Shown here in pieces: positions 24,574 to 37,856 of a stretch of 64,000 bases of DNA; position 1 is the first letter of the stretch, and every line of letters starts with the position of its first letter. Under the pieces are notes generated by a model, which saw nothing but the letters and a program-made list of their open reading frames with translations, made no database searches and was not told the origin of the DNA. Location: positions 18,866,871 to 18,930,870 of the forward strand of contig NC_092676.1 of the NCBI RefSeq assembly GCF_964355755.1, read 5' to 3'. The translations under genes and the position numbers were made by a program. The DNA is from Antedon mediterranea (Eukaryota > Animalia > Echinodermata).

Positions 24574-25783
24574 CCTATAACCTTTTTAGAGTTCTGTGTT
24601 CCTTTGCTTTATGAACTTCCAGTCGATGTTAATGTGTGTGTTACTGTACCTTTGTCTGTAGTTATGCAAGAGGTCATAAAGCTCAATACCAATAATAGCA
24701 TTTTCATTACATGTTTCTTGTTGAAAATACATTAGTGGTAATAATAGACAGTAAATGAACAATTTAATGTTGTTTAATTATAATTATATTTATTGATAAT
24801 GTACAGTATATAAAAACTGAATTAGAACTGGCTCAATATGCCTGGTTATTCAAGAAATCAATGGAAAGAATGTATGTCCAGTTTTACTTTAAAAAAACCT
24901 CCATTAAGGGGACACCTTTTGTATCCAACAGATTTTTTAAAACATGTATCAGATGTCCCCTGAATAGCTGTGTCTCAAATGAGTGGTTCTATGGTGTTTC
25001 TTTTTGCTGAGCAAATAGGATAAATGTTTTCTCATTTAATTTCCTTTTTTAGAAAAAAAAATATAAACACTAAATTTTTCATATTATTTTCTTATTAAAC
25101 AATTTTTTAAATTGTTTCATCATCTTAGAATATTTTATAATAAAAATGGAAATTTTATTTGTATTTTGTCATCAGATGGTTGCTTTAGTTGCAAGGTATT
25201 TTTTTGTTTAAAGATACTTCTTGCCTGAAAAATATGATATAATACAATTTATTAGTATTAATTTTTGTTTCTATTTAAATTTGTGACCAATATATGTAAG
25301 AATATTTAAAATACAATTTGTATAATTATGAACTATAAATAAAAACGTTTATGTTTTTCTATTTAATATTAAAATTATATTGGTATTGGTTTCTAATATA
25401 AATAACGTTTAGTTTAGATTTAAATTTTCTAAGACAATTTTAAACAAAGTGTAATATTCCATGCTGTAAATAGTAGATTTAAATAATGTTGAATTAATAA
25501 GATGTAGACATTTGATTTCTGCGCGTCTTATTTTTTTAAATAATAATTTTGCTTACGAAATTGAAATTTACGTTTTTGCACAATTTGGTATGAAAGAATA
25601 AATTACTGTATGCTCATTTGCAAACGGCGTGCAATTGTGTATTTGTTATTAAATTATTTTAACTAGTTAATCATTAAATTAATCATTATTAATCATAATC
25701 ATTATTAATGCTGACGTGTTGCTGTGAGGGTAAAGTGTGTGTATCTCTACCTTTTGCACAATTTGTCCATTACAAAGTGTAAT

Positions 25784-26673
25784 GCTCAGTCTACACTATC
25801 AAACTAGTTTGGAAAAAGAGTATGATGTGCCCAAATAGGGTAGGGATATGCTTAAATATGGTAATGATATGACATCATAATGTCCATATATGGCCATATC
25901 ACATTTTTTTGTCACATAGAGTAAGTTAAACTGAATAGTTAGGAATGCAGGCAAAATTACTGTTGTCGAGATTAAAGATATCACACAAATATGTAATGAT
26001 GTTATGACATCTAATTTAAATAGTATTTTAGCTGATGAATCTCACATTCTCAACAATAAGTTAGTAGTTACCAGATCTGGAAGATTAACAACAATTCCAG
26101 TTAAAACAAATAGACATAAATGTTCATTCTTACCTAGCGCTATTAGACTACACAACAATGAGTTCCAAAGATAGGTCATTAGGTCTGTTGTATTTTATAT
26201 TGCTTGATCAGTATTGTTGGTTCCATGTTGATCACGAATGTAAATATTATGTGTGTTTGTTTTTGTTGTTGTTTCAATCCCCCCTACTGTGTGAACTTGC
26301 CATTGTTTCTGGATTTCACACCAGTCACACCCTTTCCCACTTATATTCCAAGTTTCCTGGACTTTCTGCATTCTCACTCCTGAGGACGATCAAAGCATAT
26401 TGTTCGAAACGTCGAGAAACTCAACAGTTCTTTTCAGAACTAATACACGTGGTGTACCGCAAACTTTATATCAACATTTGATTTCGCCATGCAAACCTTC
26501 AAACAATATATTTTATATTGCTTTATCAGTTTTTAGTTCCATGTTGATCATGAATGTAAATATTATGTGTGTATTGCTTTGCTTGTTTTTTTTCTGCCAA
26601 GAAAACAATTATCATTATACTATGTATGAATGACTTAATATCTAATCTGAATCTGATGGTGTAGACAAGAGTT
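25784..26673. mobile_element. Nested insertion: MITE C split by a LINE 3' fragment, which is itself split by a Penelope-like fragment
   Basis: MITE C left part 25784-~25922 and right end ~26654-26673; LINE C-terminal peptide (SGRLTTIPVKTNRHKCSFLPSAIRLHN) at ~25923-26160; Penelope-like piece ~26280-26505. Confidence 0.65.
26372..26418 (+). ncRNA. Minimal type I hammerhead ribozyme motif, Penelope-associated type
   Basis: CTC-CTGAGGA-C-GATCAA-agcata-TTGTTC-GAAAC-GTC-GAG: CUGANGA and GAAA cores, stem II with one mismatch, palindromic ACGT stem III, GUC cleavage triplet, short CTC/GAG stem I. Confidence 0.6.
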
Positions 26674-27328
26674 TAACAAGTTTTAAAACCATCTCCCGGG
26701 TGAAACTATACCGATAGTAATGAAAACGCAATTTCGAATTATATAATAATGTCAGCAAGTTATTTATTTACTGCAAAAACAAATTTTATATTAGTATTGC
26801 TCATGCTCAATAATTTCAATACCTTAAAATATTCATAAATCTACCATATGGGCAGTTAATTTAGCGCTAGAGTGTATGTTATTAATGTTTTATTATACAT
26901 TACGAACGAACATGTGTTTGTGTACTATAACTTACTTTAAGTTAAGTTTCGTTGAATGATGAAATAATGGTTAATAAACAAACATTTCAGGTAGATCAAA
27001 TAATTCACGAAGTATAATAAAGTTTGAGTAGTTTACAAGTACCGATATATAGAGCTTTTTATTTTTGCTTACCATTCGGGTTAATTGACTTGTTTTTAGT
27101 CTAGAGCTCACTATGTCGGTCGGTTGGTCGGTTGGTGGTCGGTAAACACTAACTTGAGCGCGCGACTGCAGCCATGTATATGGCCTTGTTCCAGTAAGAG
27201 AGTTCCTCAAATCTATCGGATGCACTCGGTGCAGAAGTGATGTACACACGGTGGTCGAGGAAATGTTCCAATTGGTGTATCAGAACATGAACCCAACCCG
27301 ATTCTCCATAGGCCTACTGTAAATAGAT

Positions 27329-27485
27329 TTCTCCAGTATCATAGGAATATTTGGCAATACAACATCACATGTTTTTCACATGTATCTCGTAGTATCATAT
27401 CCAACCTAACATTGCATGATACAGGCACCACATGTGATACAAATGAGATGCTGTATTACCAAGTATTCCTATGATTCTGGGAAAA
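27329..27485. mobile_element. Short imperfect palindromic element (MITE-like)
   Basis: CCAGTATCATAGGAATATTTGGCAATACAACATC ... GATGCTGTATTACCAAGTATTCCTATGATTCTGG. Confidence 0.55.
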
Positions 27486-27518
27486 TATTGTAGTATGTAC
27501 GTGGGGATACGTCACTAA

Positions 27519-27697
27519 AGCGTGGTTCCCACTAGCGACGCAACGCAAGGACGTAACGCAACGCAAGTGAATTGACCAATCACAAGCGATGGTTTATTCG
27601 CTTGTGATTGCTAACTGTCTATAACTTTGCTTGTCATTGGTTAAAACGCTTGCGTTGCGTTTACGTCCTTGCGTTACGTTCTAGTGGGAACCAAGCT
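27519..27697. mobile_element. MITE family A (AGCGTGGTTCCCACTAG ... CTAGTGGGAACCAAGCT), TAA TSD, Harbinger/Tourist-like
   Basis: TAA on both sides; near-identical copies at 33496-33674, 33678-33856 and 57607-57785; variants at 42692-42883, 62930-63087, ~29760-29945 and ~56975-57540. Confidence 0.85.
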
Positions 27698-28463
27698 TAA
27701 CATTCGGGTAATGAACCAAGCTTCTAACTCAACAGTTCGGCCTACATTGCGCTAACTGGAAATTCTTATTTTGTAAGACATCTCCACCCACTTCCACTTA
27801 CATCATACAGAAAACATGTAGGCCTATTATACCCACGAAGTTTTTCCTGTGGATTCAATGTGCGTGCTTTTACCTAGCGGCATTTTAGTTACAAGATTGC
27901 TAAAAAAAATATAATAAGCATGTAAAAGCGCCAAACAATTTCTCTGATAAACATGTAGATTTATTGTAACATAATATAATTCAACACAACTGCATGCCCA
28001 TTTTAATAATAACGACGTAGGCTAAACTTTAATATTGAGAATGTAAAAATTATATATATTAATTAATATAAAAAGATTGCGTAATACTTAAATGAAGTTA
28101 GTGAGTTTGTAATGTAAGGCTGAAAGCAATTACTTTGATTGGAAGATTACTGTCTGGTTTGATTATTTTAAAATTAAACGATTAAATTATGACACGTGTA
28201 ATTTCTGTACATTTCATTATTTAGTTCATTCAATAATTAATATTAGGAGGCGCTATTGATGGAAAATATTTTTGCTATACTGCCTTAATTAATTAGAATA
28301 AAAGTAGGTATATAGGCCATAAAATCGGTTACCATAGAATATTACAGTGCTTTAGTTTTATGCGGAAAAGTCGCTGCCACAAACTCAAATTTGATGTCCG
28401 TACAAAACGCGTACGAATTAGGACTAAATCAACGAAGTCTGGCATATTTGTAATAAGGCACAT

Positions 28464-31223
28464 TTATTGTTGACCGATAATCTTGTGAGGGAAGGGACAA
28501 TCCTGCGTTGGGTCATCCTTTTTAACGACTTGAAATTTGCATTCTTCTTTTATAAAAACAGGTTCGCAACTTGCATGAATACCAACAGGAAATTGTCTGT
28601 AAATTAAAAGTAATAAATGATAAGTAAGGGTTAGTACGAATATCATTAAATTTGAAAGAAAAACAGGCCTACAACTTTATTGATGTTTTAAATCATGACT
28701 ACTACAACTTCCAGAAACCTATTCCCTGTGACGTTAAAGCATTACAGAACTATATCGCAATTACGATTTTAGCAGCCGATTCTACAGCTGTCAATGGGTA
28801 GATCTTAACTGACTACAGAAATTCATCTAGATACGAGTCTAGGTGTACTTTTATTAGATGTTATTTCTGTCATAACGTTCATGTAGCGACAATGTATACC
28901 GTAATGTAATGCATGAGCGATGAAGAATACACACGAACCAAGATAAAATGTATTAAAACTACGTAGGCCTCCTAATACACCCCGTATGTAGATGAATTTC
29001 TGTAGTCAGTCAAGATCTACCCATTGACAGCTGTAGAATCGGCTGCTAAAATCTTAATTGAGATAGTTCTGTAATGCTGTAACGTCACAGTGAATAGGTT
29101 TTTGGAACTTGTAGTAGTCATGATTTAAGTTAAGATCTACCAAAAGACAACTACGGGTACCTATTTCCTTTATCACCGAATAGTGAGTGAATACTCTTGT
29201 TCAGTGTGTTTTTTGCAATAGTATAATATACATATGTAATTGAATACGTGTTAATAAAAATTGATCTTCAGTAAAACATACGGGTCTGATATGCAGACGA
29301 TTTCCTTCTCATGACATGTACAATTCTCGCAATAAGTATTATGTACGTTTACATAATCCTCGTTCAACTCGTGTTTATTTCCTTCCTCGTCTATACATGG
29401 TCCTGTCAACAAAAAAAGTGTTATGGCAATGACATAATCCAGTTATTATTCAATTTCTAACAAATATGAACAAATTGTTGTTTTAAATCAAAAGGATAGG
29501 CAATAAATGAGTTTATTTTAGTCTCGGTATATGTGACAAAGAACTATAGGTAACTATATTATGAAGTACAGTGTAATGGACTTTTCTTCCTGTTACTTTA
29601 GCTACATTTAACCAGTTTAAATTTAACATAAACACACACACTCTTCTTATACAAGGAAAATTAATATGATAACTGGGAACTACTAGAAAAAGAAATCCCC
29701 AAATCCCTTGTTAAAACACAATTTATCTCACTCGAGTGTAGGATTCTGAATCTTTGTTTCCCATAATTAGGACGTAACGCATGACGTAAGCGCACACCAC
29801 AGGACATTTGGCCAATCGTCACACACGCAAGGACGGATACGCAACACGAGTAAGTTAACCAATGACAAGTGATAGCTCGAATAATCCATCGCTTGTGATT
29901 GGTCAAATCCCTACGCTGCACTTACGTCCTTTTTTCACTTACGTCTCTTAGTTCTGAGGATAAAACTTTACGTTACGTCCGAGTTGGAACGCATGTATGC
30001 TGTTTGATCGTCGAACTATAATACTGTATTAATTTGTGGGATTTTGCAAATGTTGTAACGAAAATATTCATCGTTATTTATCGCAAAGAGCTTGATTTCG
30101 CGAGGAACGCCATTGCTCAATGCATAAAAGGGTTTGGGGCAAACGTCACGACGCGTACGTATAAACAACAAATCACGTACGGGCACGTTATGACGTTGCT
30201 CCCAAATCCCACTATTTTGCGATAAACCCAGAGCGATGTAATAAGCCGAAGGCTAGAGGGCGTACTCCAGACTACAAAGTGATTCCAACAGGAGAAGGGG
30301 AACCAACAATATGGCGACCGTTCAAAAACATTATTCAATATAAAAAATAATAATCTAATATACAACACATATTCTTGTTATAAGCACAGTGAAGTTTTTA
30401 TAAAATTAAATATATTGTTAATCGCAATGGAATGAATAATTTCTTGGTAATCTAGCATTTTTTGTACGCTGCGTTGTGTATCGTTCTCACGCAGATAGGC
30501 TTACAGGAGGCGTATTGATTGATTGATTGATTTTATTCGATATTCATACACAAAAGTTAAAATATACAATGTACAAAAAGAATACCAGGATAACCCATTA
30601 AGTCGTCAAATAAAAAGTAAACTTATTTCCAATGGGTTCCAATCCGTATTAACTGAAAAAGTGAGTGGTTGGGCCTAGTACAATATATCATTAAGTTGGA
30701 CGCAGTAAAAATGGAAAAAACAAGAAAATACATATAAGACAAGATAACATCAAAAAACAATATTAAAAAATAACTTAATTAAACTGATATTCCAAGTTGT
30801 TCATTATTAAAATATTCTTTAAGTTTTATTTTGAAGGTTGCATTATTTTGTATTGATTTGAGTGAATTGGGGAGCCTGTTCCAGTCACGGATACCTAAGA
30901 AATAAAAAGTCGAATCATTAACGCCAGTAGCCTTAGGAGTGACAAAATTAAATGTTGTATAGCAGTGCGTACTGCGTAGGGCATATATGTCGATTGCAGC
31001 CGCCATCTTATGGGTCCCCTCTCCATAGAGAATCACTTTTTGAACTGCGATAACATTACAGTTTGCCATCTAGCCTTCGGCTTATAATTATTATCATTGG
31101 ATAAATCTTAACTCTATGTAAATGTAAACTATATAACGTACCACCACCAAGGCGAGGGATTCGAGCTATGTCTGCGTAGACCGCTAATGAAAAAATAACG
31201 ACGGAAATAAAAACTGCTTTCAT
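28464..31223 (-). CDS. Beta-microseminoprotein (PSP94/MSMB family)-like secreted protein, 111 aa, 3 coding exons
   Basis: Exons 31223-31142, 29402-29282, 28596-28464 (336 nt, GT-AG, phases 1 and 2) give MKAVFISVVIFSLAVYA-DIARIPRLGGGPCIDEEGNKHELNEDYVNVHNTYCENCTCHEKEIVCISDPQFPVGIHASCEPVFIKEECKFQVVKKDDPTQDCPFPHKIIGQQ. Signal peptide plus C.D..GNKH, CE.CTC.E.EI.C, PVG, C...F.KE.CK..VV.K.DP...C as in human MSMB. Confidence 0.88.
28688..29128. mobile_element. Foldback element with ~148-bp inverted arms and TTAA ends, in the last intron of the PSP94-like gene
   Basis: 28688-28836 is the reverse complement of 28983-29128 with few mismatches. Confidence 0.8.
30514..30960 (-). mobile_element. CR1/L2-group LINE 3' fragment
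   Basis: Peptide TFYFLGIRDWNRLPNSLKSIQNNATFKIKLKEYF, then AATAAA and an (ATCA)n tail. Lies between inverted TAAGCCGAAGGCTAG ends at ~30242 and ~31084. Confidence 0.75.
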
Positions 31224-32320
31224 TTTGGAAACCTGTTACAAAAACAAACAAAATAATCACATAGCGGGTCATTGTTTATCGTATAATTCTAATAACTTTT
31301 TTAGAAATTTATGTAATCAGCTGACACCTCTTTTGTTTTTTCTAGTTAATTGCCTAACTGTGTTTATAAACTATACAATTCGTTAACCAAGTGACAAATA
31401 AATATACTAATAGCATAAAACATAATTTAATCTCATTTAGACCTAGTTAACTATATGATGAATGGTGTTGATACTTAAACAAGTTTGTACATATATTAGC
31501 AATGTTAGTATTCAAAAGATTATATAGACCAATATTTAAAACGAAAAGTAGGCCTATCTAATTATCATTTTGTATTAATACAAGTAACAATACAGTAAAA
31601 CTCTCCTGAAACAAACCCTTCTATTAATAAATTAATTAAAAATATCTAATAAAAAAAAGGTTATTTAAAAGTAGAATTATGCCTATAATTATATCAATAA
31701 CAATACTGTAGGCCTACTGTAAAACACTTCTAAACCAAACCAATATTTAAAACGAAAAATATCTTATTATTTTAGCATTAATAATAAAAAAATACAGTAA
31801 AACTCTAAAACAAACCCTTCTCTAACCAAAGAAAATGTTTTCTTTAGTAAAATTATGCCTAAACGTAATCGATAACAGAGGGATGTTTTTTTTTAATGTT
31901 ATGAGGGTCGGAGGATCATCATGATCATCTCAATAGGTGTAGATATAGCACAGGGATTGCATTTACAAATAGGCGTACACGTAGCCACTTTATACTAAAA
32001 AAAGTATGTAAAAGTAAAAACATAAAGACAGTAGGCCTTCTAAAGCAGAACCAATATTTAACAATACATTAAACTCTTCTAAAACAAGCCCTTCTCTAAT
32101 TATCAAAGAACATGTTGGACGATCTGGTAAAATTAAGAGAAACTAGAAAACATTTTCTTTGGCAGAATTATGCCTTTTCGTAATCGATGACAACTTCTAA
32201 AGCAAAATCTTCTTTAATACCAACTGGTATTACAGTTGGTTATAAAAAATATTCTAATAAGGAATAATAACCAGAAGTACAAAAAAAGTTATAAGATGAT
32301 TTAAACGAAAGCCTACTTAC

Positions 32321-32420
32321 GATTACCTGTCAATGACCAGATGCAATGATGGTGGTATGAATTGTTGAAGACGACAAAGATACTACATCTATTTTGAAAC
32401 TATCCAGACATTTATATAGC
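32321..32420 (-). promoter_or_regulatory. Candidate TATA box and short non-coding first exon of the PSP94-like gene
   Basis: TATATAAA at 32418-32411 (minus); GTAAGT donor after 32321 (alternative GTAATC after 32327); acceptor at 31232, 9 nt before the ATG. Confidence 0.5.
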
Positions 32421-33495
32421 ATCAGAAAACCTTCTGTTATGTTCATTTTGTGTATATTAACTAATAATAATCATAAGATGATTGATGCGGCAATGATATG
32501 GCGTTAATAAAGTCAGAAAGTTTTATCACTATTAGTGTTTTTGGATCATTATTATTCTCTGGCGACACGTGGTAACTTGGCGTTTAATTTTAGTCTATAT
32601 TGAGGACAGAGGTCGATACATATGAGAAGTGATGCAAATAGTATTTTAAACATTAATAACATTAGTGCTTTTACGTGTAACCATTCTAAATGTTTTTGTT
32701 ATTACGCTAATGATAAGAGTTGAGTGTTATTTTGTAACTGTATTAAGAGTTTAATTCTATTTCGCTCAGCCATAAAAAATGACTTATTGTTCAAAATTCT
32801 TTAGAAGCACGTTCACCAACAACTACAATGTTAATGTAGTTTAAATTGTGTTTTATTGTTATTATTACCAACAAACATATTGTGCTAATAACAAATTTGT
32901 ACAGCTATTTTAACTTATATGGTTAGTGAAGCTGTTAAAGGCTAACATGATAATTGTGAAAGATCGCCGGGTGAAATTGCTATTAGTATTTGATAGGATG
33001 ATAAGGTAATATATTTGTCGTTATGGGAAGCGTAAACAAGTACTTACTATAAGGCCTACTATTTACATCAACTTTCAGCGCGTTTAGTGACGGAAAAGAT
33101 CTCTCAGGGTATTACAGTTTTGAGTGTAAAACACAAAGAATTATTCGTTGGTGTAATGAATATTATACTATCCGATATATGATACAGGTCGTGAACATGG
33201 GATACACGGCTTATCTCGTCTTACAACGTGGTATTTACACTTTTTGTCATCAAAAATCGCTGCACAAGACTTTGGTATATCCACTGGATATGGTCTAGAT
33301 AGAAGAGAAGAAAAACATTATTTTCGATGATTTACTTAGTTTGCATTTTTTAGAGAGAGTATATAAAAACAAACATTTCTAAACATAAAAATTAGAAAAC
33401 AATATATCATGCTTTGGAGACCTATCATAATAAAGATATATTTGTATGCATGCGCAATGCTGCTTGGTCGACTTTGTTGCCGCGTAGCCTACTAA

Positions 33496-33856
33496 AGCGT
33501 GGTTCCCACTAGAACGTAACGCAAGGACGTAAACGCAACGCAAGCGTTTTAACCAATGACAAGCGAAGTTATAGACAGTTAGCAATCACAAGCAAATAAG
33601 CTATCGCTTGTGATTGGTCAATTCACTTGCGTTGCGTTACGTCTTTGCGTTGCGTCGCTAGTGGGAACCACGCTTTAAGCTTGGTTCCCACTAGAACGTA
33701 ACGCAAGGACGTAAACGCAACGCAAGCGTTTTAACCAATGACAAGCGAAGTTATAGACAGTTAGCAATCACAAGCGAATAAGCCATCGCTTGTGATTGGT
33801 CAATTCACTTGCGTTGCGTTACGTCCTTGTGTTGCGTCGCTAGTGGGAACCACGCT
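33496..33856. mobile_element. Head-to-tail dimer of MITE family A sharing a TTA spacer
   Basis: TAA-[179 bp]-TTA-[179 bp]-TTA. Confidence 0.85.
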
Positions 33857-36467
33857 TTAGAAGCAAGGCAGTTGTTACATAGTAGCCAAATCTAGTATAT
33901 CTAGCAACATTTTGACATAGCATCTAGCAATTATGATAAGCATAATTTTGAATATCTAGCATAATTCGGAAAATCAATTAATTCTAAAGCATATTTTCTA
34001 CGATCTGGCATTGTTTCTAGCATTTTTTCCGAGAAAATCTAGCATAAATTTAACCAAATTCAGCATAATTTGGCCAAAAACCTGATAACCTGTTTTTTTA
34101 ACGCAATCAAATTAGTGCTATGTGTAGGCCTTCGTAACTGTAATGAAACGCTAATTTCAAACTCACATTGGACAACAAGCAAATCCACTTTTAACGCATG
34201 TGCAATCTTCACAGTGATCGTCATAACGTACACGCCACCTACCGCCGACTCTGTATTCTTTTTTCCCGTTAACACATGGGCCTAAATATTAAAGACAAAG
34301 GATTAAAATAGTATTTTTTCCATGGTTGCAGCTCTTGGCGTAGGCATACGGATTAAAAAATTGACAATGGTCAGAACTCTACTTGAAAAAAAAAAGAACA
34401 AGGCCTATTTACCTTTTGAAAACCAGCAATTTGATGAAGTAGTAAACTCCGCCACTGACAACAAGAAGAAGATGTGTATAAGTGGCTGCATTATTCGTAT
34501 CAGAATTTCTAGAATACTGTTAAATAAAGAAACAAATATTAACAAGTTTGCCAACCTAAATATGTGACACACTTCACGGGGGCTCGAAAGTAAGATAAAC
34601 ACGTGGTTGTAAGAATGTGAATCGAATTAGATACATAGGAACCAAACGTAAACTACAATTATTTCAAAACAATTTCTCGTGGCACAAACAGCGCATTTTA
34701 TTGTAATGTACAAAAGTACACGATTTGTTATATAAGCCTAAATATCAGCCGATGAAATCAACAAAACAATACTTACGAAATCAGTGTTTTTTCAAATAAT
34801 ATCACAATAACCAACACTACATTGTGAAAAAGTTTATCACAATGTTGTCATTTAAAATTCTGGCGTTTTTGTTTTAACATTTGAGTGGTTTTCCCAAGTG
34901 ATATTGCTAATTAATGAATATTGATACAGTCCATTACCAATATACATTATTTTTACGGAGTACAGAATGTTATAATAACTGCACCTTGTTGTAATTATTA
35001 TAACTGTCAAAGTACAATACTTATGAATACTCACGGGATGTTTAGACAAATCCCATATAGATCAACCACAATACGGCAGAGATGTTAAATAATTTAAAAT
35101 GAAAAATAACTCAATTTGTGTTTTAGTTTTTATTAAAATGTAAAAATTACCTAAAACTAATTTTGTTTTTACTGATCAATCTTCCTTAATTGGCATTGCT
35201 TTGAGTATTACATTCGTTATATCTTCTTGATATATTAATTATACATATTCTTTAAAACGCATACACTGATATATTTTATTCATCTAATTTATTTGATTTT
35301 ATACTGAATATAAATTTAAATGATAGTAAATAAATAATAACGACTTATATTATGTTAGGAAATAATATAAAATAATAAGTTTGTATATATAATCCAATTT
35401 TCATAAGCACGAGGTTATGACTAAAGTAAATTAATATGTAGAATAACAATGGCAATATTAATGCTAAATGGATAGTTGATCATAAACCAAGATTATGAAA
35501 TTAATCGCCCATTTTTAATTTGATTTATTAATGATATTGTGAATATATTTTCTATTGACTGTATTTTCAACTCTTATTAGAATTTATGTTTCAAAATGTA
35601 TACTCTATTGTTGCAGCATTAACCTGTTATAACTGAATTTACAGTACCGTAAAACCTCGAAAAGAAGCCCATGGGCGTAAATTTGACAAAATAAGTCAAT
35701 CATCTTAATATCAAGAGCTCACTCTGCTTTACTCAAATAAGTTCAATTACAAAATAAAAAATAAAATTTAGTTGCTGTTCAATTATTAGGAACAAGCATG
35801 AATACTTATTTGTTCCGCAAATATTTAAATATATAAATATTATAATTATTATTATTTAAACAATCTAGATAATTATACTTTAATTTTACTACTTTAATCT
35901 TTTGATCAAACTAAGATTTAGACAAGTAAAAATATTAGTACTTTACCGAAAATGAAACTTGAACAATGTTGATCTGCGAAGCAGCCGCTCCCAGAATGAA
36001 ATTTCATTTAACCTATAGACCAGGTGAAAAACATGACCAACTCCCTGGAGATGTTAAAGGTTTGTGTGGCAATTAGGATAATATATTGATTGAAATATTA
36101 AAATTAAATGGATTTTTACACTAATGCAATCATAATATTCGTATTTGACATTTTGTACTTTTCAAAGTTTAAACGAAATACCCAATAGCTTGCAGTGTAT
36201 GTTTGCCCTGGTTTTTGTTGTTGATTGATAGAGAATGGAAACATTCAACAACATCACAATGAGTACAGTATGTGTTTTTCTTTGGTTTTTACTTTTATTT
36301 TAAATATGAAACAAAAATCACAATACATATCTGTAAAAAGTAATACAGCCTAAGGATTTACCATTATAATTATACATAAGACCTTCAATTCAAATTGTAT
36401 TACACAATTCAAAAAGTATATCAGCCAATTCATTCTGATATTGGTTGAATTAATATGAAGGTGCGTA

Positions 36468-36699
36468 CACATGAGTGTGTGTCGTACGGTAATCAGTCAG
36501 ATCAAATAATAATATACGACGGTACTAAACCATTGGTGAATTCCACAATAATTGTAATATCTTGTTGTGATTGAAAATTAAGAGTAGGCTACTAGAGGAA
36601 TTTATACAATCGAGTAATTTCATGTGGTTGATTGATAGTTCAATATCATCATCTTCCCCCTTCTACATTATCATATTATCAACTAATCACTACCATCTA
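36468..36699. repeat. 232-bp direct repeat, copy 1 (copy 2 at 38288-38519), flanking GPCR copy 1
   Basis: CACATGAGTGTGTGTCG...CACTACCATCTA; 4 mismatches seen between the copies. Confidence 0.9.
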
Positions 36700-36944
36700 G
36701 AAATAATTAAACTTTACTAGGCTGGGCAAGGTGAAATGATTACAATTCATATAGTCCGGTTGTAGACGAAAGTTATACAATATATATAGTCAAAATTAGC
36801 GCACATAACCACTAAAGTTTTCAAGGCACTAATTTACAATGAGATGATGGCATGAATGCATTGATATTTAATACATACATTTCATTCATTCTTTTTCATT
36901 TTATTTTTATATTTGTGATGTTCGTCGAAGCAACAGAAATCTCA

Positions 36945-37856
36945 CTATGCCATGTCATGTTCAGGTATTCGCTGCAAACGTTGCCTGATCCCACACAATC
37001 TGAACAACTCGGCGCGGAACTGTGGCATAGAAATTGTGTAAATAAAAGGGTTTGCAATGAAATTTACAAATAACAAATCTAGTCCAATAAACCACATGTG
37101 ATATTTGAATTCAGAGTTAGCATGATACACTATTTCACTGGCTATGATTAACAGTGTGATTGGCACCCAACATAAAACAAATACCAAACTAATGGCTAAA
37201 AACATTTTGACTGTTTTAACGTGTACAGACGAATATACTGATGGAGAAGCAGATGTGTGTTTTCGTTTAACTAATTCGTGAATTATTCTGCTATATACAA
37301 TTACCATTGTTGACAACGCAAACGCAATATATATTATAAATAAGGTTATTGTAACAACAACCCATGACTCATCTTCTACCCCACAGTATACATATGCATT
37401 GTGATATATTAATTTAACAAAATATATCTCTGGATTTAATAGTAACCCGATAATCCAAGCTGATATTATCATTGTTATTGTTTGCCTGATTGTGTAATTG
37501 TCTCTGAAATATATTGGTTTCATTATAGCACAGTATCTCTCTATTGTAATAAAAACCAGATTCGCCGTAGAAGCATGCGACAACATCCATATTAGACAAA
37601 ACATTTTACATTGAATATCATTATACACACTATACATTTCAAGTATCTTCTCCATTGCAACTTGCAATAGGAAAGATAAACATCCAATGGCATCGATTAG
37701 TGATTGGTTAAAAATAAACCATCGAGTGCTTCGACGAATGGTTAGCACACGGTTAATAGTCAACAGTACTAAAACATTGACAATTAGTCCAAAAGTTGAA
37801 AGGGCATATCCGGATTTCAGAGCTATCCATCTGGTGTTTGTTAGATTTAAATTCAT
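36945..37856 (-). CDS. Rhodopsin-like (class A) GPCR, intronless, 303 aa (copy 1)
   Basis: Seven hydrophobic segments; GLIVN, FIFNQSLIDA, IERY, TM4 W, LCWVP, NPFIY. First ATG at 37856 (the ORF track starts at an upstream TTG). Confidence 0.9.
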   Translation of the reverse strand: MNLNLTNTRWIALKSGYALSTFGLIVNVLVLLTINRVLTIRRSTRWFIFNQSLIDAIGCLSFLLQVAMEKILEMYSVYNDIQCKMFCLIWMLSHASTANLVFITIERYCAIMKPIYFRDNYTIRQTITMIISAWIIGLLLNPEIYFVKLIYHNAYVYCGVEDESWVVVTITLFIIYIAFALSTMVIVYSRIIHELVKRKHTSASPSVYSSVHVKTVKMFLAISLVFVLCWVPITLLIIASEIVYHANSEFKYHMWFIGLDLLFVNFIANPFIYTISMPQFRAELFRLCGIRQRLQRIPEHDMA

